Assembly (NCBI RefSeq): GCF_006345805.1
Contig: NW_021835478.1
Coordinates: 29,176-93,175, forward strand
Origin: Octopus sinensis
Lineage: Eukaryota
Length of the DNA stretch: 64,000 bases
Direction: 5' to 3'
The notes below the pieces were generated by a model. That model searched no databases and was not told where the DNA came from. It was given only the letters and a program-made list of their open reading frames with translations. Every line of letters begins with the position of its first letter. Position 1 is the stretch's first letter. Of the stretch, positions 23,692 to 34,163 are shown piece by piece. Position numbers and translations under genes: made by a program.

Positions 23692-24162
23692 TATTGTGCC
23701 TCATTATCGAATAACTACAAAAGGGAAGGTTTTGACAATTTGATCTGGTTTGTAACAATTTGAATGTGGGTGTGCACAGACAGACAGACAGACACACACC
23801 ATACCATTTTATTATTAAGAAAGTCCAAATAAAATTGATTTTTAATTATTGCGTCTGCTTTCAGTCGATTCTCCTCCTATCGAACCAGAGCAAATGTCTT
23901 TGACGGGTACACTTATCCATTTTACAGACCACTTTTGTGGTTGTTCTCGAGTCCGATTTAATTGCATGCTTCGCCACTGTAGGAAGGAGTTTATACTCAG
24001 GGCGCATGCTTTCCAATGTTCTCTTGATCAATTTGTTTGGACTTGTAAGGAGTTCTGGTAGTGCTTATTCCATCCCACGCGAGAACCAACTGTACGATAT
24101 TCACCTTTGCATTATGCATTAACCTCAATTCGCTTGTATTTATGTAATTTCTCAACTACCAA

Positions 24163-24255
24163 ATTCTCCTTCAAAGACTACTACGCTCTCGCAGGACTAC
24201 TAGTTGGGACATGTACCCATCATTACGGGCCTGTCCGGATGCCTGGACTACTAAC
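24163..24255. repeat. Short dispersed repeat, copy 2
   Basis: Same 46-bp core and orientation as the copy at 16521. Confidence 0.85.
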
Positions 24256-24287
24256 TTGTGGCATACAACAAAATGAATTAAGAAATA

Positions 24288-24861
24288 TCACTCTTCCTCT
24301 GAACTCTCGTAGGCTGCCAGTCCTTCAATCCGCCGCTGTACATCCTTCGCCTCAATTCCACGCTTGGGAGGGACAGACACCTCAACCACGTCATCTTCGG
24401 CCACCTTCCTCTTCAGTCCCAACACCAAATTTTTTCTGGTAGGAGTGCGACTGACTGGACACTCAAACTCTTCGAAATCATCATAAAGGGCCAGTTGCTT
24501 CACTCTGTCGTCGTTCTGTATTTTCTAGGAATATACGCCTGTGGGTGACCTTCTGTCGGTCTACATATAACTTAGTTTCCTGGTTTTTGAGGAAATCCTG
24601 CTGGTAGGTGTCGATGGCCAGCTTGGAGAGGTAGCATCGGTCACTCACGCCCATGTTGTTAATGATCTCCACCAGGCGTATTTCACAGTCAATGTCCTCC
24701 ACGTCGTTGACTTGTTCCATTCGGGCAATTGCTGGATACGTTATGAATGATGGCAAACCATAAGTTTTGGATTTGTTCTGACTGCCTTCCGAACCGTGGG
24801 AGAAACTTGGGTCGTCTTTTTTGATTATAATATATTCATTTCCAGTTGTAAAGGATTTCAT
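24288..24861 (-). CDS. Hypothetical protein (two overlapping ORFs, probably one spliced or frameshifted gene)
   Basis: 126-aa and 71-aa ORFs with plausible charged composition; no family recognised. Confidence 0.4.
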
Positions 24862-24984
24862 AATATAGATTCACTTCTAGCTATCTACATAATATTATCT
24901 CTCAAAAAGACACCACTAGAAAACAATGGTAACCAATTTTATTTATTATTTAAATTATAATTAATACAGTATTAATTAATTCAG

Positions 24985-26172
24985 TTAAATAATTATTGAA
25001 AACTTGTTGAATCTACTCCAAAGTATTCCAATAATTCTCGTAACAATTATATCAGTCGAATTACTAGCCAACAAATGAACCAAAAATATTCCATCGTAGT
25101 TAAGAAATCTGACAAAATTGTCGACTTGTCTTTTATGTACCATATTGGGATCATTTCCAGCCAATGAGAGGTATTTGGATATCAAATCGACGTGTTTTCT
25201 CCTCGAAATGAATTTAACAAAACAAAGAACGAGATGAACAGCAGTCATTGATATCAAAATGACAAACCAAAACCAAATAAAGGCAAACATTTGATGGTTG
25301 TATAAATTGACCGGCAACACACACTGAACTCGATATACGTGGACGGTTCCCATTTTTCTGAGCGTGCAATCACACATCACGACTGTGGGAAACAAGTCAT
25401 GCCATGTCCTTTGCAGTCCATACAAAATGTACTTATTTCCAATAATTTTGTCAAGTATTACCAACTGGACTATCAGATTGACCAAGTAGAATGCGGTCAT
25501 GGCCAAGTAGGTCACTGTGACATATCCGCCCCAGTTCTTGCTCCACAAAGACTGCCCAAACTTACTGTCTGCCACTTTTTTTCGGAAAAGCAAAAATTCT
25601 TCAATGCACTTGGTCAGGTGACAAAGATCCTGATGGTTTTCAAGTTGTTTTAATTCCAGTTGGGAGGTGTTGTGGTCATCAGATTTGAGTGTGTTGTGAT
25701 AGTTGTTGGCAGATCTGACAATATTTCCCAAAGAAATCCCCGCCTTGTTGTTGACAATGTTCCACACGAGTGACGGCAAGTAGAAAAAGAATGCTTGTGC
25801 CAGGAATATGAGCGGCACCCATTGGTAGTAACGGATGGTGGGTTCCCCTTTATGAGGCAGTTTCTCATCGAGAGGATGGAAATAGACGTTGTTGGTCCAG
25901 CAGTGTTGGTTGATGTATTCAACCTGCCACTTTGTGTCGCAGCCCTCCACACAGAGACAGGCAATAGGGTCGTTTACGAGTTGGCGAGTGGTTGAGATTA
26001 GGCTGAACACGATCAGAATGAGTGTTGTGTATCGGTGATTCAGTCTGTCAACTTCAAAGTCGTTTTCCGATCTCCTTCTGTTTACTATTTTTGTAATTAT
26101 TTTTTGGATTAATGGTATGTGGATAAACTTTTTTTTGGACTGGAATAAAGGTTTGTCATCACTAGAAATGTC
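24985..26172 (-). CDS. Innexin (gap-junction protein); start codon uncertain
   Basis: Frame open for 1188 nt; DFEVDRLNHRYT, PIAC...YINQHCW, YYQWVPLIFLAQAFFFYLPSLVW, FP...CD...QCVLPVNLYN..MF.FIWFWF, FLNYDGIFLV. Confidence 0.93.
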   Translation of the reverse strand, partial: DISSDDKPLFQSKKKFIHIPLIQKIITKIVNRRRSENDFEVDRLNHRYTTLILIVFSLISTTRQLVNDPIACLCVEGCDTKWQVEYINQHCWTNNVYFHPLDEKLPHKGEPTIRYYQWVPLIFLAQAFFFYLPSLVWNIVNNKAGISLGNIVRSANNYHNTLKSDDHNTSQLELKQLENHQDLCHLTKCIEEFLLFRKKVADSKFGQSLWSKNWGGYVTVTYLAMTAFYLVNLIVQLVILDKIIGNKYILYGLQRTWHDLFPTVVMCDCTLRKMGTVHVYRVQCVLPVNLYNHQMFAFIWFWFVILISMTAVHLVLCFVKFISRRKHVDLISKYLSLAGNDPNMVHKRQVDNFVRFLNYDGIFLVHLLASNSTDIIVTRIIGILWSRFNKFSIII

Positions 26173-26610
26173 TCAATCAAACTACGTGGGGTTCAACAGC
26201 TTCTCGCGAGATCCGTACTTTCTGACCATTTCGCTAATTCGCAAATAACACGATTTGTAGTAATTACATCCAAATCAATCATAATTTGATTATACACTTA
26301 TCATTCTTACTCAGGTAACTTTGATTCCGTAATACGTCCGACAAGTACTTCAAATTTTGTGATCGAATTTTCTTTTACTTCAAATACGCTACATTCGTTG
26401 AATAACAAGATGTATAAGAGAAATCGTCAAAAAAAAATCTAGCTACTATGAACTGGCTCGCAGGATTGAAAGACAATTCCCGCGTTTTTTGAGTTTTTTA
26501 CTTTTTAGAAATAAAAAATCTCAGGAAAACTAAAATCCTGACTCCCAACTTATTTAAAAGTAAATTAAGCAAAAATCGGACGAAAATTGCTGACAGCAGA
26601 GGATCTATAT

Positions 26611-26994
26611 TAGTGGTTCTCTACCTGGGGTCGATAGTAAACCCAGATTAATCGTAACCGGGTCGAAAATAAATCTAATGATTTAATTTTTTTCAATTTA
26701 AACTAAGTTAGTTAATTTTCAAGTGGTAAACCTATGTTTCTTTAATTTTTAAAATTACTATGCTTTTTTATTTTTGTATGAGTCTTTTTTCTACATTACA
26801 AATCTGTCAATATAAAAATGAATATTTGGCATTTAGATTTATAAAAATTCTTTTGATAATATTGTTTACTGTGTAATAAGTCATTAAGAACCGATCAAAT
26901 TGTTGATTTAAATATTAAGGTGGGTGAACCGTTTAAATTGTTGATTTAAATATTAAGGTGGAGGTCGACGAGTAAAAAAGGTTGAGAACCACGC
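26611..26994. mobile_element. hAT MITE (Buster type)
   Basis: Ends TAGTGGTTCTCTACCT and AGGTTGAGAACCACGC are imperfect inverted repeats; flanks ATCTATAT/AGTTATAT (degenerate NNNTANNN TSD); internal ~39-bp tandem duplication near 26896-26961. Confidence 0.7.
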
Positions 26995-27957
26995 AGTTAT
27001 ATAATGTTAGAATGAGGGCCAGAAACAAGTAGGCGTTGACAAAGATGGCGTGGAGGAGGCCGAAATACATGGCTCAACCGAAACTTTTTGTGGGCTACCC
27101 GAAAACGCGCTTAACTAACTAATTTTTCTTCTCGATAATACTCTTTTTTAAGCAGCCACATTAAAGTTCACTTCTATATTCTATTCGATTTGTTGTTCTC
27201 ATTTGGGGTCGTTTCATCCACTCATTTGAATTATAGTATCTCTCGGTCTTTTCATTTATTCTTCTTTAAATGTGTTCTAACCTTAATTGGAATTCCTGTA
27301 TTACCAGAATGGAATATATTTTCAAATCAATATTTTACAATCATGCTCTCCAATGGTTTTTCAACCCGGCTGTCTAAATATATCCTTGGCACATCTTTAA
27401 TTTTAGATATATTTGAATTCATGGTTTTATGCGTTCTTTGTGAATTGGATGACTAGTAAATTGCCTGTAATAGAAACGTGACGCAAATCGTTCAGAAAGA
27501 ATGCCTATCCACGACAAATATTGTTAACTTTGTATACAAATCACAAAACTTGTTATACAAGTGGCAATGTTTAAGAAAATCAACATAGAAAAACGCTATT
27601 CTAGAAATATTTTGATAATGTCCAAATGGTATTACAACCAATGAAGACTGGACATTCGTCACACTAATTGTTGCACTATTCCACTCTTCGCCGCAGGGAA
27701 GCTAAATTAACGATTTCAATCACGAATGTTGTCTTGCGGGGAAACAAGCGATTTGTTGCATTCTCGTGAAAATTTCAATTTAAAGTGGACTACTATTACA
27801 AAAACAAAGAATTCACACGGCGATCACTTCCAAAAAATCATTTTTATAACAAGGCGGTCAAATTTATTTGATTTCAAAAGAAAGTAATCGATTTGCGTAT
27901 TTCTTAGAAATTTAATATGAATCAATACGCGGGTTAGCTTTACAAAGAACACTCAGA

Positions 27958-28836
27958 TTGTACCTCCGGGTTATGAACAGGTTCTGTCTCCCAGTCTGTT
28001 TTATCGGTTATTGCCAGTCCTCGGAGGAAGGTCAGACTCTCATAAATTCAATTTGCCAAAAAGTCACAATCCTCAGTTTACGAACTGAAAAAATCAAGTT
28101 AAAAGAGACTCTTAGCATTTTTGAAAGAACTGTGACTCTGACAAATAACGAATCGAATAATATATGTCTACCACTAGACGTGGTTGGTTTGTGGAACACA
28201 CTTTGCCTCTCATTTGATCACAAAAAAGCACGAGTTGACATTTTAATGGTCGGGACAAACATCAGTTGGTCCAAAAACATGGTAGAACTTGGACACAAGA
28301 CCAGTCACCATCATACAGTGGCTGTGCTAGAAGAGAGAATCAGTCAAAGTGACTGTCTCTATTATTTTGTTGTGATCGATTCAATATATGAGGGAATTAA
28401 CCTCCTCAGACAACTTCAAAAAAGCTGTCACAATCTCAAAAGACCATACTCTGCATTCATATGGTGGAATGACGACCCGAATGCCCACAAATCTCACAGT
28501 CTGTTCCTCGAGCACAGAATTTCAAATAGACCTTTCACTAAAGTGATGAACAAGTCGATAGTCGAATTAACTAATTCTTTTCAAGCGAGTGACTTTGAAA
28601 GCAAATGGAGTGTTCCCTTGGCATCAGTTGAAAGTAAAATGTCACCAACCAGGCAATTAAAGCCATTTTTGTCGTGTGACAAAAGCACTTGTTCTGTCAA
28701 TAAAATTAGTGATGATTTGATTTGGCAGTCCACTCCTTCTCAAAATGAGGATATTAAAAATGATTGGTTTGTGCCGGCTATTACCAATGAAATAAAATTT
28801 TACGATTTTTGCAACATTCTTGGATTTTTTCCATAA
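27958..28836 (+). CDS. Hypothetical protein (292-aa open frame; true start uncertain)
   Basis: Long ORF in an AT-rich background ending in an AT-rich 3' region; no family recognised. Confidence 0.55.
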   Translation: MYLRVMNRFCLPVCFIGYCQSSEEGQTLINSICQKVTILSLRTEKIKLKETLSIFERTVTLTNNESNNICLPLDVVGLWNTLCLSFDHKKARVDILMVGTNISWSKNMVELGHKTSHHHTVAVLEERISQSDCLYYFVVIDSIYEGINLLRQLQKSCHNLKRPYSAFIWWNDDPNAHKSHSLFLEHRISNRPFTKVMNKSIVELTNSFQASDFESKWSVPLASVESKMSPTRQLKPFLSCDKSTCSVNKISDDLIWQSTPSQNEDIKNDWFVPAITNEIKFYDFCNILGFFP

Positions 28837-28939
28837 AAATCTATATATTTACTATTGTTTAATATATTTTTTTAATAAATAATATATTGTTAATTAATCA
28901 ATTTGTGTCACATCTTGTGGGGATATTCAAAGACACAAA

Positions 28940-30278
28940 ATGAGGAAATCAGTTTTCTGTGTTCATTTAGTCAATTATATTCTATTCTTTATTTTATATA
29001 TGAAATGTTTCCGAATAAGCAAACTACAAAATCGAACTTTTCCCTTTTTCACAAGCTCAGTTATTTAAGTGACATATTATTTAGGTCAAACAAGTTTTAA
29101 ACATTTCCTTCCATACATTTGCCGAGGAATCAGTCGAAATCGCCGAAGCATTTCAAAAGGCATTAAAAACCCCCAAAACATTCGGAAACGTGGCCGTGTC
29201 TTTCTCGACGGCCACCAATCCCACCAATTCAAACAAATCCCTTCCAATCCGTCTTCTCCCTGCGAACAATTCTGCCAAATTGGGCTTACTGGAGTTGTCT
29301 TATTACAGACACGAGGGAACTGATTACTTCACAACGGTCAGCCATGATCTTGTCAGTTGTTCTTGTCTTTCTAATTTGGAGACACACAGGTGGATAAATT
29401 CTCTTTGGGACTCGAAAGGAGGCTCAGAGGAGCGATCAGTGGTGGCAGTTGCCGAGGATTTCAGTTATTAAACGAGGTCAGAGTGTCCTTGGTCGTCTCC
29501 AATGATAACCAATTGAGCTGGCCTCAACTGGATGGTGTTTTGGGGGAGTTGAGGCGGACTTTGATGGACCGTTTTCTCAAAAATGAGATAATCGAGTCCT
29601 TTTTTGATTTGTCGTTTGTGGGTGATGTATGGTTGTGAATGACTGGCAAGGTCACCCTGAATATGTCGGTCATTGATTCCAGGGATATGAGGGATGTGGG
29701 GGAAAGGGTTATGAGGGATCTGGAATTGGCCAGAGGTCACGTTCATTTCACATTCATAGCCGGATCGTTGAGTCAGGCGAGGGAGTGGAATTGTGTAGTG
29801 GTTGTTCTGCCTCGGAATGAGTCAGTGCGTGTGTTCAGTCGTGATTTTGGGACAGTCTATTTTGTTAATTCGACTGACGTGCTGGATCCAATAATGGACG
29901 TCTTCCTCAGTGATTTCCTGTATTTGAACGGGATCGACCCCTTCGAGGTATTTGAATAGGGAGAGTTGCCAGAACGAGTCACTGCAGAGACTCCGGGTGG
30001 TGGAATGTGCACTAAGGAGTATTAAGGACAACTGTGAGAGCATTGCAGCCTATTCTCTTCTCGAGTATTCATTTCAGTCTTCCTTTTCTGAACTGTCCGA
30101 CCATATCCAGTCACTGAGTGAGTGTGTCGGCGGGTGCGAGAAATCAGTGCGTGAAGTCTATCGTTATTCTAGTCAACTGGTGTCTGACTACAGTTCCTTA
30201 GAGTTTGTATCCCCTGGATATGACATGAAGTATTTGTGTGTGTATATTCTAGGTTTTTTCTCTTTGTACCCCATTTGA
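28940..30278 (+). CDS. PIGS: GPI transamidase subunit PIG-S, multi-exon
   Basis: N-terminal TM helix, 25-nt intron into VKQVLNISF; VFSRDFGTVYFVN, DPIMDVFLSDFLYLNGI and C-terminal SSLEFVSPGYDMKYLCVYILGFFSLYPI resemble PIG-S segments. Confidence 0.65.
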
Positions 30279-30647
30279 GCACTATCCTTCTCATTATTTA
30301 CAATTTCTTTTCTAACAAATGACATTAATATGTGGCTATCCTGTCACAAAGCATTCTTAAAAGAATTTGTATACTTGGAGATTGTTGCAACTGTCAAGAA
30401 GGCTAGAGAACGCGTGCTTGTTGGCGAAAATTGAATTCGTAGAGAAGGAAACTGACGTCAAAGATTTTCTGCTTAATTGGCGTATCGTTTCCTCTCAGCA
30501 CGTCGATGATAGATAAGTTAGCAGTTTAGCTGCTAAGAATCATTATTCAACCATTGCAGCAGACCAATCGCAAAGCATCTAAAAAATTATCGGAAGGTTG
30601 GCAGAGAGGGCTATCATTTACGAAATCTATATAATCTTTTTCTGCAG

Positions 30648-31120
30648 ATGAAGTCTCCCAATGTATTAAAAATATGGAAAACTTCCCCCACGGGTCTGGA
30701 CTACATTTCACTCTGCCACCTTAAGAGACTTGGCCTTAACGACATCAAAGCCATAGTCTCTATTTACAATAATTTTGTTGGAAAAAACCAAATTCTGTCT
30801 GTCTGGAAGAAATCACGCATTATTCCACTGACCAATCTTATACCGCCCAATCTCTATTTTTTGCACACTAGATAAAATACTTGAGATTATTTCCCGACAG
30901 AAGACGATCAAACACACATTCCAAGCTATCTCTCTTTGATTCTGACCTTCCGCTATTTAAGCACCCAACTGTTCTCGGACTTATCTTTGATGCAACCATG
31001 TCTTTCAACAAACATGTTTCGAACATCTCAGACAAAACAAACAGGCGTACAAACATTGTAAAAGCAACAAGTGATCGGTGCCCGGGAACTACTCTGATCC
31101 CCCTGTCTATCTGCAAGCTT
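30648..31120 (+). mobile_element. Jockey/I-like RT fragment (duplicated at ~34113-34550)
   Basis: GLDYISLCHLKRLG...VWKKSRIIP and KHPTVLGLIFDATMSFNKHV, similar to the 46653 RT. Confidence 0.7.
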
Positions 31121-34114
31121 TACCGAGGGACTCTAATTCGCTATTGGGATCCGTTGTTTTTTCAGGTATTTATAAACAGAACAGAAATTTTTATTGTAAA
31201 AAACAAGAGACTGGGACAGAAATTTTTTGACACCGATAAAACGAGACGACTACTTGAGGCAGTCGAACTCTTCTGAGGAAACGTCTATTTGCTGTCTGGA
31301 GCAAGTTGGGCGGTTACTGATTCCGATCGATAAATAGGTCGGTCACTTGAAATTGTTTCCGGAAAGACCGAATAGATTTCTCAATGACCTGTCGAATCTC
31401 TGGGGACCTGGTCTCCGTACAGATTAGGACAGGGCCTCGTGAGTCAAGCCTGTAAGCTAGCTTCACAACGTAGCGCCGGATTTTTTCGCATTTCCTATTA
31501 ATTTTCTCGAGATCTTTCGAGTAGTACCACGCTTCCATCTCGTACAGCTAGCTGGGTAGGATGGTTGCGTGGGGACGAAGAGGAAAGTCCCTAGGTCCAG
31601 ATACATGCTTCTTAGGAGACAGAGAGCTGCGATGGCTTTCGCTCTCTTTTTCTTGACATGCAGACAGTAACCCGAGTTAGAGTCAATTGTAAGCCCCAGG
31701 TAGCGTATCGAGTTGAGGCGGTTAATTTCAGCTAGGGGCTCTAATCTGGTGAATTTTTCGAGTTGATTTGCAAGTAAGCTGATTTGTCAATTGCTAACGA
31801 GAGCCGCTTGCTGGTGAACCACTTCTTTATCACCTCAATGTAGGTGGAAAGCCTTCTTTCTGAGGTCTTTGCATCCTTTGAGGTGTCAACGACGAGGACG
31901 TAATCTGCATATAAAAGCATATATGTCCAGGCGTAGGGGGCAAAGGAAAACTGTTCATTAACAATTGAGGAAAAGTGGACTGAGGGAGGACCTTTGCGGC
32001 ACTCCCTGAGGAGTTTGATGTTCAGGTATTTATCGCATCAATTGTTTCTTTTATAGTGATTCCATCATATTTATTTGACAAGTATTTCATGGAGTCTTCC
32101 AGGCGCATTTCTATCCCTTCAACAGTATCCACAGATACTACATATCGTGGGTCAAGCTCTTGGACCTTTTCTAACTGTTCCCGAAATAAAGAAGGGACAT
32201 ACTCATGTTTTAAAGAAATCTCATTCCCTTTGGAATCCCTACCATTTAGACCAGTGTAGGCATCCAGTTTAGATTCTTTTTAGTTCACTTCAAATATTCG
32301 TTCCTCCAAGATTTATTCTTCCCTTCTTTAGCTTTTGTAATAATGATCTCTTGAATATTATAAATTCTGATTCTGAGGTCATGACGATCCAAAGCATCCA
32401 CAGATCTTTGTAATTTTCTGTATAATCTTTGTTTTTCTTTTCTCAATTTGTAGATCTCTTCAATTTAAGCGTCCTTTGAAGGATAACCTTCCGCAAATAC
32501 GTTTCAAGGAAAACCAAAATTAGGTTCCTGAGATCCAAATCACTTTTTCTAAACGTTCTATTTATTTAATTGGTTCGATTTTCTTCATATCAAGCTCCAT
32601 GTGATGTATATTTGGAAAAGAGCTCAGTCTGTTATATCTAACGAAAAAATATTTTTCAAAGTGATTTCTGAATTAAAAACATAATGATGTAGGTATATGA
32701 TCACTCGCAATTTCGTTCTCAAGATTGGTGGTTTCGCAATATTGGATTAGCGATGCAGAGACAAGGTTGACTCTAAGCAATAAAATCCATGCCGTAATAA
32801 TGGTTCGGAACTGGCGACGTTAGAATATAAAATCCATAATCTTCAGAAAGTTTTAGGTTGTGCTTTTAAAGCAACGTGTTTGGAATTACCATCCCGTAAT
32901 TATTCCATTTGAAAAAATTCCGAATGATTTTTGAATATCTCCTAGATTTTCGAAAACATGGCCCCAATAGTGACCCATCCAATTTTTAACTCGAAATTGA
33001 AAAGTATAATTTTACTTGATCGGACATTCATGTCACCAAATTGATTAGGCATAATATATTTGCAATTTTGATTGGTAGTGTGGGATACGGGGAATGGCCA
33101 GTAACAACGACGTGATTTGTCTAAACGCGTTTATTTCAATCAAATTCTCTACCTAGACAAATGAATTCTTCAATTTAGTTCCCAACTGAGTAAAATTGAA
33201 GAATTTGTTGGGACTCGTTGTCAATTGCACCACCAGCATAAGCTTCACTCACGTGATTAAAAACTGTCCTGTCTGTGAAAACGGAGTCAATTCAGGTACT
33301 TCTCATCTAAAGATTTCAGGCCACCTTATTTCGAAGTGTCTGTGACGTTGGTTAATAACCCATTTCAGTTTTACTGTGATGAATTGGCAATGGTATACCG
33401 AACTGTGAGTGTCTATTGCATTTTGTTATTTCATCAAACAAATGATGTTATATTAGACACTCATATACTGTAGATAGAGCCACAGTGATTCTCGAGCGAA
33501 ATTCTGTCAGGTTATTGAGGATTATAGTGCAGTCAATGATTGACTTGTTTAAAGAGATATGTAGACAGAGTCCTTCCCAGTAAGACACCATGTTGACTCC
33601 CATAATTCTCGAATAATGGTGAGAGACACGTAAAGAAGAGTATTGCATTGTTTTGGGCATCTCGACTAAAAAGTGTAACTGCTTACTCAGTCTGTAGATT
33701 TTGTAATTCCACTCAGTTAGTCAAATTACACAGTTCCCAAAACTGCCCTGTCCTCATAATAAATGTGAGTGAAATCGCGCAAGAAAAATCTGTTTGATGT
33801 CATTTTGCCCAATGTAGTTGACTTGTATATAATTCGACTGAAGAATATTGTGCCATTCCAGACCTCATACGAGATGGTTCGTATTTCGCGAAAAAGCTAC
33901 TGGGTGTGTTATCGATTTGCATTATCAAATTTAATAATTCATTTAATTAAAAATATTATTTGAATGATAACCTGATTCCAATTAAATATACAATTGAGGT
34001 TTGACTGATGAGTTTAAAATGCCTGCGCTTTAATCAGGACCACGGTGTGAGGCTGACCCATAAATATTAAGAGTGTTTCATATGTGGGACAGAACACGGC
34101 CTTCGAATCTTCAA
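30671..34114 (+). repeat. Tandem segmental duplication, copy 1 (~3.44 kb)
   Basis: Near-identical to 34113-37570 throughout (offset 3442 at the start), with scattered SNPs and small indels. Confidence 0.95.
31300..31990 (-). mobile_element. Decayed non-LTR RT fragment (duplicated at ~34760-35450)
   Basis: Minus-strand YADYVLVV...KWFTSKRLSL...IRYLGLTIDSN (YADD-like and thumb motifs). Confidence 0.6.
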
Positions 34115-34163
34115 TATGGAAAACTTCCCCCACGGGTCTGGACATTTCACTCTGCCACCTTAA
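34008..34163 (+). pseudogene. Truncated chimeric WIPI3 5' copy made by the duplication
   Basis: Same ATG, exon 1 and 27-nt intron as the 37464 gene, then reads into LINE sequence and stops: 42-aa [42 protein letters not shown]. Confidence 0.8.

Larger units (their letters stand above)
17290..23820 (-). mobile_element. Non-autonomous Helitron carrying a satellite array
   Basis: Minus-strand 5' end TCTTAATAATAAAAATGG followed by GTGTGT(CTGT)n at 23820-23775; RepHel helicase C-terminal remnant; GC-rich hairpins then CTAG|T 3' end at 17293-17289; no TSD. Confidence 0.75.

Noticed and set aside
32450-33150. Possible integrase remnant on the minus strand within the duplicated unit
   Set aside because: Only faint motif resemblance across several stops and frameshifts; cannot be supported without a search.
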